A stretch of DNA of 53,403 bases, filler included, from Catajapyx aquilonaris (GCA_000934665.2; 2 parts of 2 records of this genome joined end to end with filler, not necessarily neighbours in it); one strand, 5' to 3'; positions 12,401-26,651 are shown, counted from the first letter of the whole stretch. The notes: generated from the letters alone by a model not told the origin. A program made the numbers and translations.

Positions 12401-15400
12401 AAGCGACCCCTGGCTCATGAGCTAATAAGGTGATACAAGCCCATCCTGCAGAAACACATCATGATAATTGTCCACCAGAGGCGCCGTGTTGATCTCAAAA
12501 GGTGACAAAGGCCCAAGTAGTGTAGTAAAATGTGAGAAATTGCACCTGTCTATTAGCCAGATCTGGGTGACACTCTTGTTCCGATAATGGGGCTACCAAC
12601 ATACCCCTATGGTATAGTACATGTCAGCATTTTCTTCAACCCTCTCCGTCACTGGCGCTCTAACCGCGTCGATAAAAGGTCCAACAGTCGGTTGGCACGC
12701 AAAATGCTGACGATAGAAGCATTTCTAACCTACCCATTCATTTTCACCCTACTGGTCAGTAACCAATATTAATTCTGGAGCATGATGTCCCAAAAGTTGT
12801 ATATGTTAACTTTTTCTTTCTTCTGAATTTTTGAAGGTCCCGTCAATGGCCACCAGGTTGAATCATGCTATTGGCTGATTGGCTCGCTCTTTTCCAGGCC
12901 TGGAAATATGTGAAATCTTGTGGGAAGGTGTACCACCATAGCGTCATCACTCACTTTCACAGACAGATGAACAAGGGGTGGTAGGACAAAAAAATGGCTG
13001 ATTGCATTAGTCCTCTCTGGAGGCCCTTTCACAGGTTTGCGTATGCAGTGTATGGCAAGCGAAGGCGTGGTTGACTCAATATAAGGGTGGCAGGTGGCGG
13101 ACGCCCTAAGCGGGTTGTGAACGTATCGTGTCAGAGCTGTTGGCTCCTTGAGACCATGACATGATATGCTCTGCGGGTTTGATGAATGGCTCCAGGAGCC
13201 TTTTCAGGCCTCCATGGCACTTTGCAACGGATTTCGGAAGCAGATAGTTTTCTGTGCTGCGTCTTCTTCATTCCGTCCTGGATTAATCTTGCCGTCAGGT
13301 TTGCCCGGCATTCAGGTTATTCACACTTTGCCGCCTATTGATCAATCGATTTTCATTAACATTTTGGAGGATTGATTCAAGGGAAGGTCACCCTTGATTA
13401 CTTGAAAAATATGCACACACATTACGGTTGACTTTTTTTTTTTGGATGTTCTCCCCAAGCCTTTTTGCATCAGTTGGGACTCGTAAAAGGCAAAAGGAGG
13501 AAACCTCTCCCCTTTTTTGCGAGAGGAAGATTTGCATGGGCTATGAGCTGAAAAGGACACGTCATTACGGATGACGATCGAAAACTGCGTCAGACCATTC
13601 AGACCGTTTCATTTCGCCTGTCAAATGGCTCGTGACCTTTTTCCGAACCCCCACTCTCAGATGTAAGGAGGGTTTTTTTTGGCGACAGTTTTTTGGGGGG
13701 GACTTTTGGTCCGTTTTATATGACTGGCTGTCCTTTTCTTTTTATCAGTCCCAATATTGGACCATTCATAAGAGACTGGCTGTCCATTTTGGGGGTAGAA
13801 ACATGATGACATGTATTTTTTATGTGTCTAAATAAATGACATGCTAGAAAAAAAATAATGGTATGTGATGCTTCTTGAAAATCTGATTTGTTAGCGTGAA
13901 TGGGCTTCGTGGCTCCTTTTTTCGGGCCATAATATGAGAAAGTAAGCTCGGTTGCACAAATAGAGCATAACCAACAGTTTTCAGGCTTGCAAATATTGAA
14001 CATTTCGGGATGAAAAGTCAACAGAAACTATTCAATCTCCTGTGTTCAGTGCTTTTCAAGCACTCTGCCATAGGATGGTTTAGGTACATTAGAACGGAAT
14101 GAACAGATCATATTAACTGCGGTGAGGATGGTCAAAGGCAATTGAAAAAGGAAAAAAAAACTAATAGACTGGGCGTAGGCCTACGATAAAAGTGCAGTAC
14201 ACGCAAGCAGTTTGTAAAGTGTGCTAACAGTAACTGCACTTTGCAATCAATATTTAATCCCACTTTGCGGTGATATATGGGACTGATTATTTCAGTATGC
14301 ATGATGCCCATCAGGAAAGTTTAAATTGTGGGAAGCTTTTTGACATTCGAAATTTCACGTACTCTTCGGCAAAGGCCAGTATATACGAGTTGATGACATT
14401 TTAGTGCATGTACTGTGTATAGGGTGGTCCAACAAGCATACATAAATTGCTCATACATCAACTCTGTTACAGCCAGAACCACTCAGTTGAAATGGCTTTT
14501 CCTCATCAGTTTGACCAACTATTAATATAACTTATTTAGTTGTTTTCTAAGAAGAAACAGTATGTTTTAGATTAGTTAATAGTGTTCAAGTGGTGCAGAA
14601 TAAGTAAATGTGGATCGAAACTAAATTACAAGTACACATGTCAAATTTTTTACTTCAGTTATATCAAAACTGGTTTTATGCGTATCCTACTGAGTTTTAC
14701 TTGCATGCACATGATATGTTACCAGAGAGACATCAGTGCATAGTAATATAAAAAATGAATTCTGCCAACCTCAATGCCATTCTTTGTGCAGTGTCGTGGA
14801 TAATCTAATGTGGACATATCTTTTAATAGGAGCTCCGATCAACCCAATTAGCACTGGATGCAAGTCTTGCGTGTCAAAAGATTGAAGGATCGTCCTCTTT
14901 GGTTGCTTTTAGCTCTGAGGTTGGAGAAAGGAGGCAGGAAGGAGAGAGAGAGAGAGAAAAAAAAATCGAAAGTGCATTTCGGACGGATTAAGCCCTACTG
15001 GTTGGTTCCTCCTCTATCCATCCTAAACTTCATCTCTTAGATGAAGAAGGATGAGTTGGTTAGGTCTGGAGGAAGTAAGTGTGACCTGCGTGAACCTCGC
15101 GGGCTTTTAGGGTAATGTAATTCTGACAAAGTGGTGTATCGCGTATGGGTTAAAAATGAAAGTTTTGTGGGGATACAGCAACCACAGAGCAACTTAATTT
15201 GACCAGAGAGCGCTTCCAAGTTGTAGTACAAAGACCTTCTTTTGATAGCCCAGTCAAATGTGATGTAATTTCAAAATAAAAAAATATCTACCCTCCACAT
15301 GTTGAAACTCCACATGAACAATCTCTTCCCAGGAAAAGGATCAGGAAAATCCCGAATGTGCAATCGAGCCTTCCACTCTCCAATTTCTGGTCACTTGATT

Positions 15401-16770
15401 GCCTACACCAAATATCCGCACTAGACAGTAGCAGTTACACGTATCTATTTCTTGATGTAGCATAGTTTGTAACCATCACATTTTATGCTATACATCAGTG
15501 TGGTGTACTGTCCAGTTCTATAGTGTTTGCTGAACAGGAAAGTTCGATAGTTTGTTTGAGTGAGAAGGAGTCAAAGAATAATAATGAATTTGGATTGTTG
15601 ATCTCAGAATTTGATTAGGAATTCTACTTGAGTGTAAATGAGACACGCCTACGGAACAGCCAATGACAATGGGCCAGACCGGTCTCTTAACCAATCATGA
15701 TCACACGCTTACGGACCCTCTGCATACTGTTGACTTCATGTACGAGGAATGTATGAGCATGACTCGTTGTTTGCAACTCTGTCACGTGAGAGTAGGATTG
15801 AGTCAGCATGGCCCAGGCTGTATAATATGGACGTATTCCTGGGATCCAGCCGTTGCTAATAGCCTTTCAAAAATGGCGACACGACACGACTTGCACCCAG
15901 GCTGCCCTCTTCATTTACGCGTCTACCCATTTGATGTATCGGCCGATCGTGCAATTAGCTTCCAACAGCCTATCGATCCTGGTGGCGATTGGGTGGAGAG
16001 GACGGTAGAGGAGGAGGGGTGGGGAGGTATAGTAGAGTTCTCGGAGGGGTAACAGGTGATTCACCCAGGAAAACGAGTCCGCTCATTTAGCGATTCCCAA
16101 AACCCGATAAAAGTCCTGGATTGACTAACGGTGTAATGGGCACGTTTACAGTCGGATCTCGTTAATTCGCACACTCGGCGGCTCGGCGAAAATCCTACGA
16201 ATTATCCGTGGCAGCACGAATTAACCCGAAACATCCCTGCATCCATAGAGAACGTGTTTGGAGTGCAGGACACTGTGCGGATTTTATGCCAGCAATACAT
16301 GAAACAAAGCCAAGGATGTGGCTTCAGCAGGATATGTTGATGCACTCTCACCACGTCTAGTCCAGTGCAAATTCATGTATGCAGCCATTTTAGGGGGGTG
16401 ACAAAGGCATAAATATTGGCAGATTACCTTACTGTGTAATACTGCTTACTAGGCCATGTACGTACGAGTGAAGCTACAGTGAATGCATAATGCCAACAAA
16501 AATGATCACATTTTGGCAAGTAATGTAACAGTGTACCTTATTCAGATTGCTATGAATAATTGCATTCATTTCGTAGGGAAATAGGCAATGGCATTCGTTT
16601 CGTATATTATGACACATGCCACTCTGCTTCTATATAGATGCCATTGCTGTGTTAGTTTATACTTCATGTACAGTCACAGAACCGTTGACATGGATAAAAT
16701 ATCTACGAAAACTAGTTGCGTCATTCCATACCAAGTGAGCCACAAAGATAGTTCTACTCTCTTCAATAAT

Positions 16771-17105
16771 TACACGATTCTGCAAAAAAAAACTGTTTTT
16801 TTTCTTATTTCTGGATATATAAATAGTGATTCCTATTGTAAATTCTGCGCTGAATCAGAAGGTTTCTGTCAGGAACGGTCTTTGAGATATATCGTTTGAA
16901 AATTTGGAACGGTTCGCAGCCTATAGGTCTTATCGAATCACGTGGGCCGAATGTTGCTATAGAACATCTTGGATTTTGGTGAAAATAGTCAAAGCTGTAC
17001 ACAACTATAATTATATTCTATAACGCTACATATCAAGTTTCAGCCATATTGCACAATACCGTGGGGAGGAATAAAATCGCGAAAATGTGAAAATTGCTGA
17101 AAATG
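16771..17105 (+). repeat. Interspersed repeat, probable DNA-transposon derivative (copy 1)
   Basis: Colinear with 36527-36860 (aatagtgatt..attgta..ttctgcgctgaatc..agaaggtttctgtcagg..tttgagatata..aaaatttggaacgg..tttcagccatattg..aaaatcgcgaaaat). Ends are approximate. Confidence 0.8.
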
Positions 17106-20100
17106 AGGCCTTCTTTGGATTTTTGGATTTTTTTAGGTTAGTGGGAGTGGTCAAAACCCAATAAATATAACGGTAATTATAGTATGTTAAATGAAAGCGA
17201 AACAGCAGAAGAATGCGTATATGCTGGAATTTGTTTTCCTTTAAAATGCAATCACAAAAATGTTAGTGGCAATCTATTGGTCACATGTTCTGTCACGTGT
17301 CCAAGAATTATGACCTCAACAATTAGTGATGTCTTTGCCTTACATCAGCAATATTTGGTGGCAGGGGTTGTAACTAAGGAGCATGACATGTCTTTTGACC
17401 TGCCGTACTGTGGCATACGAGATTTTTTCGGCCCTATGACGAGAGGGAAATGCATTCCAGTTCATCCGCACCAGAGTGCACCAAGAAAATCCCATTTTGA
17501 CCAGTAAAACTGATCAGTTTTTTGACGTAATTGTAGCGCTTTGTTAGCCCGGCTGCTCGTCAATTACAGTCAAGCAACAGAGCGTATAAAATGCGTCTAT
17601 GAAGTACATAATCTGTACTAAATGAGATATTCTGGAAAACAAAAAGAATTACATGTTGGCTAGTAATTTTGGTATCCTTCACCAAATGTGGACTAAAATC
17701 TTCGACCAAGTCATACCATGTCACAGATGGTATTACATACGCTCTGTAGGCAAACTATGTGCCTTTTTATGATGCATCGGTGAGAGAAAAAGTAAACAAC
17801 ACAGAAAAACACCCTCGGAAGTAACAGTATCCCCATGTCCAACACCACCCTCCGGACACCCGTTCCTCTACACTCCAAAGGAAAAAAAATCGCTACTGTC
17901 GTTTTGCCCACACGCACTAGCGTTTTTCTCCCCTCTACCCGCTGAAGTAACAAAAAAGAGCCTTTGAGCTGTTAGCATGCGGCATCATAAATTCCTATTT
18001 ACAGCACTACTTTTCAATTTAATGAGTAGTAATCTTGAAAGTAATTTGTCGTAAAAATAAAATACAACTGAGGTCCAATTCTAATAACGTCCGTTATACA
18101 TTCTCAATGACGTTTAATACCAAGTCACTTGTACAGTATAATCACGCACATCGTTGGAGTTGACGGTACGAATACAGTATTATTTCATTTCCACAAACAC
18201 GACCTTTTATTATTATTAAGTCATTTATTCCCCATACCTTAAAATAATCAAAAGAATCGGGAAGTTTTCGATCCAAAAGGAAATCCTGTTGATCCTCGTC
18301 GTAACATAAGACGTGTTCAATAGACAACACGAAGCGAAGCCAAAATGGGTTTCCTTTATTAAAAATAAACAAGCCACACTTAGTAATTCCCTTTCTCCAA
18401 GTTTAAAAATCTGCTGCAGCCATTAGTGATTGAAAAGCCTGAAATTGAAAGACCCTCCCGGAACATCCCCGAGCAAACATATATCCAGAGTAAAAAATGA
18501 CGCCGTCTACCCTGCACACGTCCCCTATTAATCATATGGCGGCCAGAAGGGGGTTTGCCTGGCTGGCTGGTCGAAGTAGGACGCGAGTATGAAAATGGAG
18601 CAGTGTTTGTGGCACAAAGGAATGAGACCTGATTGCCGTGTTTCTGTAAGCGAAAAGTGGAATCAGTGTTGGAAGCAATCGGAGCTGCGATAGCCAAGAA
18701 ATCCCTGGCGAGGCGAACCCTAGGCTTATCGGCAAGGACGATTCCAGAAACGAGGTTTTGTCTCGAGGAGAAGTTATAGTGGCAGGCAAGGAGAGAGGAT
18801 CGTGGCCCCGGAAGAATAAAGCACCCCCGGATTTTGCTAGGGGTGCTGACAACCCGCTTTTGCACTGGTTTCACCCCTTTAAGCCCATAGCAGCCTCCGG
18901 GTTCGAATTAATATAAATTGAGTCAGGTCTCGGGTAGTGTCCATTGGGGAATGAGTCCAAAGATCCGGGCTTGGGGAGTGCTCCTCAACCTGGAAGTAAT
19001 GACACGGGCCGATTCTTAGGGGGTCCAGGAAAAGCCTGGGAGTCTGAAAACGTTAGCCACCGGGCGATTTATGGCAAGGGGACGCAGCCACCCTTACGCC
19101 CCAGAGCGGTATAAACGTCACTGGATTGGAATTGAGGCCGCCATCCATCGACGTCTATCGGCCATTGTCTTGCATGGAAACTTCCTTTTATCACCCCTAG
19201 TTTTATTTTCCCTTTCCTTGCCTCTTTAGTATTCCGGATGGGATCCGACTGGAGCGTCCGAATGTAAAGATTTGGCCACGTTTCGAGTCGGTTGGTCGGT
19301 CGGTCGGGGATGGAGGTGGAGGCCAGGGCATAAGTGCTCGCATGGACAGAAATGACGAATGAATGCGACAAAAAAGACCTTCTTTCTTACCTTTCAACCA
19401 CGCCCAGATGCACTTGGAGATACAGAGTGCTTTTCAAAATCCGGGTGGTAGTCAACTAATCCCCTTGCTGCACTATGCCTAACCAAACTTAATTGAACCT
19501 ACCCATTTTGCACCGTCCCTCTGATGGGAAAAAGTCGTCACCTGAAAGCGTCACTCTTGTTTTCCACCAAACCGCAGCTTTCCGCCATGCAGCACACCTC
19601 TTCTGTCAGGTTCGGTTGCAAATCCACCGTGTAATAGCCCTAATGAGCACATAACGTTAATTGGGTTTAAAATCTCATTGGCCCTCCCAAGTAAACTAGA
19701 CCGGTGTCACCAGCCGTGCTCCTATTCTATATATGTATGGTTTTTTTTTCCAGATTTGTTCGAAAGCAGAGACCCTTGGGTCGGAGGGAGTCGAGGTTGT
19801 ATGCGCAATGCGGTAGGGCCCAAACTCAAAGAAGCTTTTAATGGGCCGGTCCGGCCCAGAGGGCTTGTGTTGGGGCAATGGGTTGAATGTACCGGGAGAC
19901 CCTAGCCCTGCTAAACACATCTGCTCGTCATTGCGAATGTTGGCCCTTCCTCTCTTGCCAGTGTTAGTGGCGAGCCTAGGGAATATGGGAAACCCCGTAC
20001 TAGGAAGCGCAATTATTCAATAATAATAAAGTAGATGGGCGGGGCCAAGCAAGCCTCAGGCTATGTTGGAAGTGGCTCAAGGGACTGCTTTCCCTTTGCC

Positions 20101-23100
20101 TTGCCATCCACACTTACCCATATACAGTACTATCCATCCAGTTTCTGTACAGTGAGGGTACAAAGAGGGTTTTATACGCTGTATAGTCTTAAGACGCTAC
20201 AGGGTATGCATTGTCCAGGCATGAAATTGTTTACAAGTTAAAAAGTGTGGTAGTCGGGGTATAAGACGAAGATAATTTGGCAGTGACAGTGGTGGGGTCG
20301 CATGCAATTGGGCCATTAACAGGCGAGGAAGAGGTGGCTTGCAAGGCTTGATGGGGATGGACGTTTGGGCCCAGGCCAATGTGCAATTAGGTCTCGGTTG
20401 AGGTCGGTCGGCCAAACCCTTGACCAAATTGAATAGGCGGGCTTTTCCCATTCGAGTCTCCACGGGCATTGTCATTATGTCGCTCCGGTTCCAACTCGTT
20501 GGAATTTAGGATATCTCGAACAGCTTCCCCGAGGTTCCGATATCGCCATACTGCCCTCCCTTTACGCCCCGCCTGTACTGACTAACATTAGTCTCGCCCC
20601 AATGCACAGATCAAGATAGTGTCAATATAGTTACAGTGCTGGGAAGTGCACTAATAAATGATGTAACACAGCAGAGTAAATCAATGAATAATGAGTGGGT
20701 AGAGAAGTAATGAAAGGCACTCAGCTAGCCTAATATTTCAGGGTACATAGTATTATTATTCATAGAAGCTAAAAGTGTCTTTGGCTTTGGATAGGTTGCG
20801 TTTTACTCATTTCGACATTTTAGTGCATTAAAATTTCGTATTATTAATTGATTTTGCCATTACGAGAATGTGAATCCGACTAAGTGCCGACTAGTTTTAG
20901 GATCATTTCATGCGTAACAAGTAGCGGGTAGTTACTTATAATGTCGGTGGGGCTGAAGATCAAATGACGAGTGTTGATGGGTCCAGTATACGCGTCAGGT
21001 TTTATGCAAATATTGGTGTTTAGCTTTTACTGGTGCTTTGTAGATGTAGCGAGTTCCTGTCAAAGCTTATAATGCACTCATTGAATGAAGGAAGTGCGAC
21101 ACCAAAAATGTATATTATACGTAGGTCTATTCTATAAATGGAACGGAAGGCGCTTGTATGAATTAATAGCACTAGTCTAGGGTATACGAGTAACGTCGCA
21201 CTATTTCATCGGTAAGATCAGTGGACAAAGAGCAGAACACTATTCCAGTCGGAAGTATATTCGAAAGTTGCTCAAGTATCTGCTTCAAGTGCAGGAGTAC
21301 TCATAGTGTCGCTGAAGGCAACAACACGTAAAAATTTATGATAAAAATTTCCACAAAAATTTTCAAGACCGCGATAAGACATTTTGTGTATCTCAAAATG
21401 CTTATGGGATTATTACAGTGCTGCAGTCATATTATATACCACTGCATAGATATACAGTATACTCGTACACCAGTTTCACTTTGCGGATTATACGGTTTAT
21501 TAAATTTGGTGCTAGTTGCCTAGTTCCTGTATTATACTATCTTATACTACTTACTAACTAGCTATTTAAGCCATTACACAGGCATAATAATATTTTTACT
21601 GACTGTGGTAATGGAATTTTTTGGGCTTATTCTGTTGCATTAATATTAGATATCCGTGCAGGGCCCCACCCATTTTTTCACTTCTTCATAATCATGTTTG
21701 GACTGCACATCAGAGCACCTGTACACTCACTAGTAATAAAGCTGCTTGTAATTTCATGTTTTTAAATAAATACCTACCAACTGCAGTTTTATAGCTGCCA
21801 TCTATATACTTTGCATCACACAATCTAGTCATTCTAGTGGCATCGATTACATACATGTGTAGTTTGTGGGAATCGATCTTGACGTGTAGATATTACTATT
21901 TGTGCACTTGTAGGACAGTTTAATTGCAATTACTCATCAGATTTACTTTGTAAACTGAAACACGAGATGTTCCCATTGGAGTTTTGTGTTATTAACCCTC
22001 ATTTGGAAGTAAGCTCCTCATTATTAAACATTAGGCCTATGGGTTTAATAGCAACTTTTACTGTAGCGACATTATTATTACCTCGAGTAAATGTTGACTG
22101 ATGGAGGTCGGGAGGAGAGAAGTTGCTCTGCTGGATTCACCATTAAATATTATAAGCCTTGCAAAAATGTGTAAATAAAAGTTCGTCAACTTTTTGCATT
22201 TGAAGTCTTCTGTTACCTTAAAAATACGCAAATGATGATCATAATGCAGATTACAACACTAAAATTCTCAACTTCCGCATTTTCCAGTGTAAAAATAATT
22301 GCGGAAAATTCGTTACAACTATAAAGGTAGATGCTTACATTTGTGCCAATCCAAATTAGAAACAAGTGGCTATTTTTATCAGAAAAGTACAGTTGTTCCA
22401 AAAATATTACATGCAAAATACATGATATTAACATTGTTCATAATGGTTCAAAACAGAACTTTTTATTCTACCCAGATTAAAAGGTGAAAAATTTCAGGCA
22501 TGTTCATTGAGTATTGAGTATATATTCTGATGTGGCATCATTTTGTACAAATAAACAGATGGGCAACTTTAAAGATCTTAATAAAAAATAACAAAGCAAA
22601 ATACAATGTTATTTTGAAAATTAACAAAATGCCAATCTCGGCTCTTCTTATTTTCGTGATGGTATAATATATTATGTAAAACGTGAAGAGTTGGACTCTG
22701 AATTTGGAGGCCGAGATATTCCTACATACTATACATTGCAGACGAAAATATTCGACATTGTCGGCCTCATAGCGCATTCCAAAGTCCACAAAAATATTAC
22801 GCTCGGTTGGAATGATGGCAGCAGAACTTGTACTGCACAAAATTCCATTTGCACAAAAATTAGGCCAGTGGAAGCAGGTCTAGACTCCTCAAATGAGAAA
22901 TACCGGAGTTGGGCATCTTAATATTGGCATCTTTCTCATTTTTTGTGAGTTTGCAATCTTTTACGTCGATGAGAAAGAGACATCCTTATCTGCGTTCTGA
23001 GAATACAGAGAGAAATTTTGAGGCAAACACATGTTGGTCCACAATATCTGGAAGTCCCAGAAGGCGACATCGATATTGCATGGTGTCCAGTTGCGGAAAA

Positions 23101-24849
23101 GAGTATATAAGGTTAGCAGACCTGAACTCCCTCTAACTAAGAGAGGAGATCATCCATTTACCTCACGAGTCGTGATTTGAGCTTCAGGTCTGCTGCCTTA
23201 CTCATTTCCGCGACTGTACTGTACACATCCTGATGCATTATTACTGTATTACTGATTGTACTTGTTGAAACAATTTTAAATGGAGACAAAGTAGCATGCT
23301 GGGGTAAGGCCCGTTATAGGCGTAAATAAGAGTGGCAAAGACTCCTTGGTGCATATTGCACAGCAGCTGCCTAATTCAGTAGCTTGCAGAGCAGTGGTCT
23401 CCTATTAGTGTATACTTGACTCTTCGTCTCCCAGGAGTGAAAACAGTCCGCTTAGCAGCTAGTGTCGCGCTGTAGTCGGCAATGATACGAAAAAGCCTAG
23501 AAGGATGTTTGTGCAGCTCGCCAGTTCCATTTGCGCAGTCGGAAAGCCGTTTTCATACATGGGGAATGAGATGCAAGTTTGCTCCAGATAAGAGGCCGCC
23601 TCTTGCGGGCTAGCGAGGGGGGGCGCTAGCGAGGCGCCTCCTGAGGGCCTCAGGCAAGGCGCTAAATGAAACCGGATTAAGCCTCCTTTTGTCGCCTCGG
23701 ACACGGCTCAAAGTTATCAAGGCACAATAGTCCACCGGACATAACGCTGGCCTCGCACATTCCGGGACTGGAGTTGGCCGGCCGTAAATAGCGCGTTTAA
23801 TGTCTTGTGGCGCCCATGGTAAAAAAAAAAACAAGAACAGCTTCCCAGACTAAAAGCTGCGGAATATGGTCTGGGGACAGACACGCTGACCACTGAGGTG
23901 GTTAGCGGCCATGACGGATGATTCCCGGAAGGAATGAGGAAAGCGTTTGGAGGGCACTCTCTAAAGAAAGGATTATTCTGCCTGCAAAGGAAGACAATGT
24001 GATGCCATCTCTGCATTGAAACAATGCCGCCTTATATCACTGCATCTTATCCATTTTATGCAGTAAAGCTTACCGATGCAATGCAATTATTAGGATAATT
24101 AATACACTATTCTGTTGCAAACATTGTTGCCTCTGGGCCATCAGAAAATGACGGGATGTTGTGAGAACCTATAAGCTGTAATGAGGCTTAGTGCTCATTT
24201 GTGCTCGTGTCGTAGGATGTAGGGTAAGAAAGAGGAAAAGTTACATGCATTTTGATCCGGATTAGGGGAGACGTGAAAGTGATAGCTGCGTCAGTCATAA
24301 AGCCTCATAACCCTCTGCGTTGATTCATTTGGGTCCCTCGCTGTACGGTACACTTGAGCAGGTTGTGTGATTTGTATCATTTTGTTAATAATTCCTCGTG
24401 GAATTCCCACGCAACTTGTAAGGTTAGTATAGTATAGTTGACGAAAAGCCAATTTTCTTCCTTAAATTTTCATCCACATATCGAAGGCCCAGTTGAAACA
24501 CTGAGAGTAGAACCCTGGTAGAACATAGGTGGAGGATTCATTCTTGCTATTACTTGTACTAAGTTAGTTGTTTTTGACAATTAACCAGCATGGAATTAAA
24601 TCCTCGATCAATGGTGGACCCTATAAGTGCTGTAACCGGGCATGTGGATTCTGAAATTTTTTGTAAGAATCCATTGAAAGACCATCTAATATATTAATTA
24701 TTGTAAGCTCAGGTAATAAAATCTAAAAAATAAAGCTTGCCAAAGTATGCATTAGAAAACATCCATGATCAGCAATTGATTTGTACTTCTTGTCCATATC
24801 TTACATATATTATAGTACTAGTAAGTTATAGTGTATGTAGCCTAGTATA

Positions 24850-25390
24850 TCTATCTCATATGTACATAACGCAAAGTTTGTCGGTATGTCGCATTTCTCT
24901 CCCCCTTCCTCTCCCCCTCTCCCCCTCCTCCTCCTCCTCCCTTATACCGCCTCCTCCGACTCCCAGAGTCCGGACCCGTTTCGGACCCTGTTCGGACCCC
25001 TGTATCTGTCCAGTTCTGAGATTACCATTGTAACTGCGTTCCCATGGCTACGAATTTCCATGGCAACTTGTTACTATGATATCAAGAATGATTGATTGTA
25101 GTTGATTTGTTGTTTCCATAGTAACAATACCACGGCAAAATGACATACATCGATATCAATAATGCCATGGCAACGTTATTCGCACGGGAAAAGTGTGTAA
25201 AACCTGCACCCGTTGCCATGGTAACCATTTACTATCTATGGTAACCCCGTTTCCGTGGTAATCCGTCAGTATTGGGTATGGAGTTGACCACGTCTCGAAC
25301 GCGTCTGGAACGGTGTCGGTATGGGAAAACAAACAATCTGGGGTGAGGGGTAGAGGGGGAGGGACAAACCGACAAACTTTCCATTTTATA
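24850..25390. mobile_element. Two diverged Helitron-like 5' ends in inverted orientation, with repeated GTTGCCATGG-like motifs
   Basis: a|TCtatctc..aaagtttgtcggtatgtc at the left and its inverse gacaaaccgacaaacttt at the right; both are followed inward by C-rich tracts and similar sequence. Lies next to a Helitron helicase remnant. Confidence 0.5.
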
Positions 25391-25954
25391 CAGGGTGGTC
25401 GGTAAATGGCGTACAAGATTCACGTAGCGAGATTCCTTGTGAAAAACCAGTATCCCACCAAAAACCTTTCTGTAAAAAAAGGCCAAGTTCTCCGACTGCT
25501 TGGCCGTCAAAAGTGGTGAGATCTAAAATACGGCCAAGTTCAACGTCGTTGTCAATTACTGGCATTCTCACCTTGTTCAATAACCTAAACCACTAACTTT
25601 GTTTTTCCAGGTCGACCTTAAGTTTAATAATCAAAAAATTTTAATGGAATTTCTCTTGCTGTAACTTGGCCATTGCTCATGTCCGAGGTATTGTTGAATT
25701 CTACAACTGTTTCCATGTTTTAAGAGCAATGGCCAAGTTACAGCAAGAGAAATTCCATTAAAATTTTTTGATTATTAAACTTAAGGTCGACCTGGAAAAA
25801 CAAAGTTAGTGGTTTAGGTTGAACAAGTTGAGAATGCCAGTAATTGACAACGACGTTGAACTTGGCCGTATTTTAGATCTCACCACTTTTGACGGCCAAG
25901 CAGTCGGAGAACTTGGCCTTTTTTACAGAAAGGTTTTTGGTGGGATCTCACCTC
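25391..25954. mobile_element. Mariner-like foldback MITE with ~225-bp near-perfect inverted arms
   Basis: Starts TA|CAGGGTG. Arms 25452-25678 and 25724-25946 with a 45-nt spacer. The right terminus is reduced to caccct. Confidence 0.8.
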
Positions 25955-26158
25955 TTTTTGTAGGCAGGAGTGTAGGATAATATTGTATATAAGATAGCTC
26001 GGGGAGCCCCCTACGGTTGGGCGTGGAAGCAATGGTCCGTTAAATATTCCAAATAAGGTAATGAATAACTTAGAGCAAAATGTACAGGTTATATACGAAA
26101 GTATGTAAAACTCTATCTTTTCCTCTGAATAGGTATGATTTTCTTCTGCTTTCTCATA

Positions 26159-26526
26159 TTACGCTTCCTTTTTTTCTGTTGTGGTTGTGCGAATTGGGCA
26201 TCTGCTACACCTGATCGCATAGCCCATTCTTTTGAGTATGGATAAGTCTGGTCGGTAAATAGATCTCGATCTGTCGTACTCCAGAATAGCAGACTCTTCA
26301 GCCTTGATGTTAGTAAAGGAGGCATTGATGAGATGCACTCCATTGATACTTTTAACTCTGGAAAGAGCCACGTAGGCTTGACCGCACGAGAAGACAGAGG
26401 AACCAATATCGATGAGTGCATTAGTCAGACTCAGGCCTTGGCTCTGTCGTCTGTATGGTAATGGCATACGCCACACAAATTGGGAATTGTTCCCTGTACA
26501 CATAGGCTGTTGATGACCTCGAATTT
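26159..26526 (-). mobile_element. Helitron RepHel (PIF1-family helicase) C-terminal remnant, frameshifted
   Basis: The minus strand reads AYVYREQFPICVAYAITI, then after a frameshift SQGLSLTNALIDIGSSVFSCGQAYVALSRVKSINGVHL, i.e. PIF1 helicase motifs V-VI. Confidence 0.88.
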
Positions 26527-26651
26527 TGTAATTGTATTATTTTGTATTTTAGGTATTTAGGAATTTGTATGAAATATTTGTATTTGTATGAAATGCAATC
26601 GCAGCTTCAGATAGCTAGCGGCAGGGACGTAGCCAGGAATCTAGTTCGGGG

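Noticed and set aside
22538..23140. Coding-like minus-strand stretch, possible decayed DNA transposon
   Set aside because: Stops and frameshifts with no diagnostic motif.
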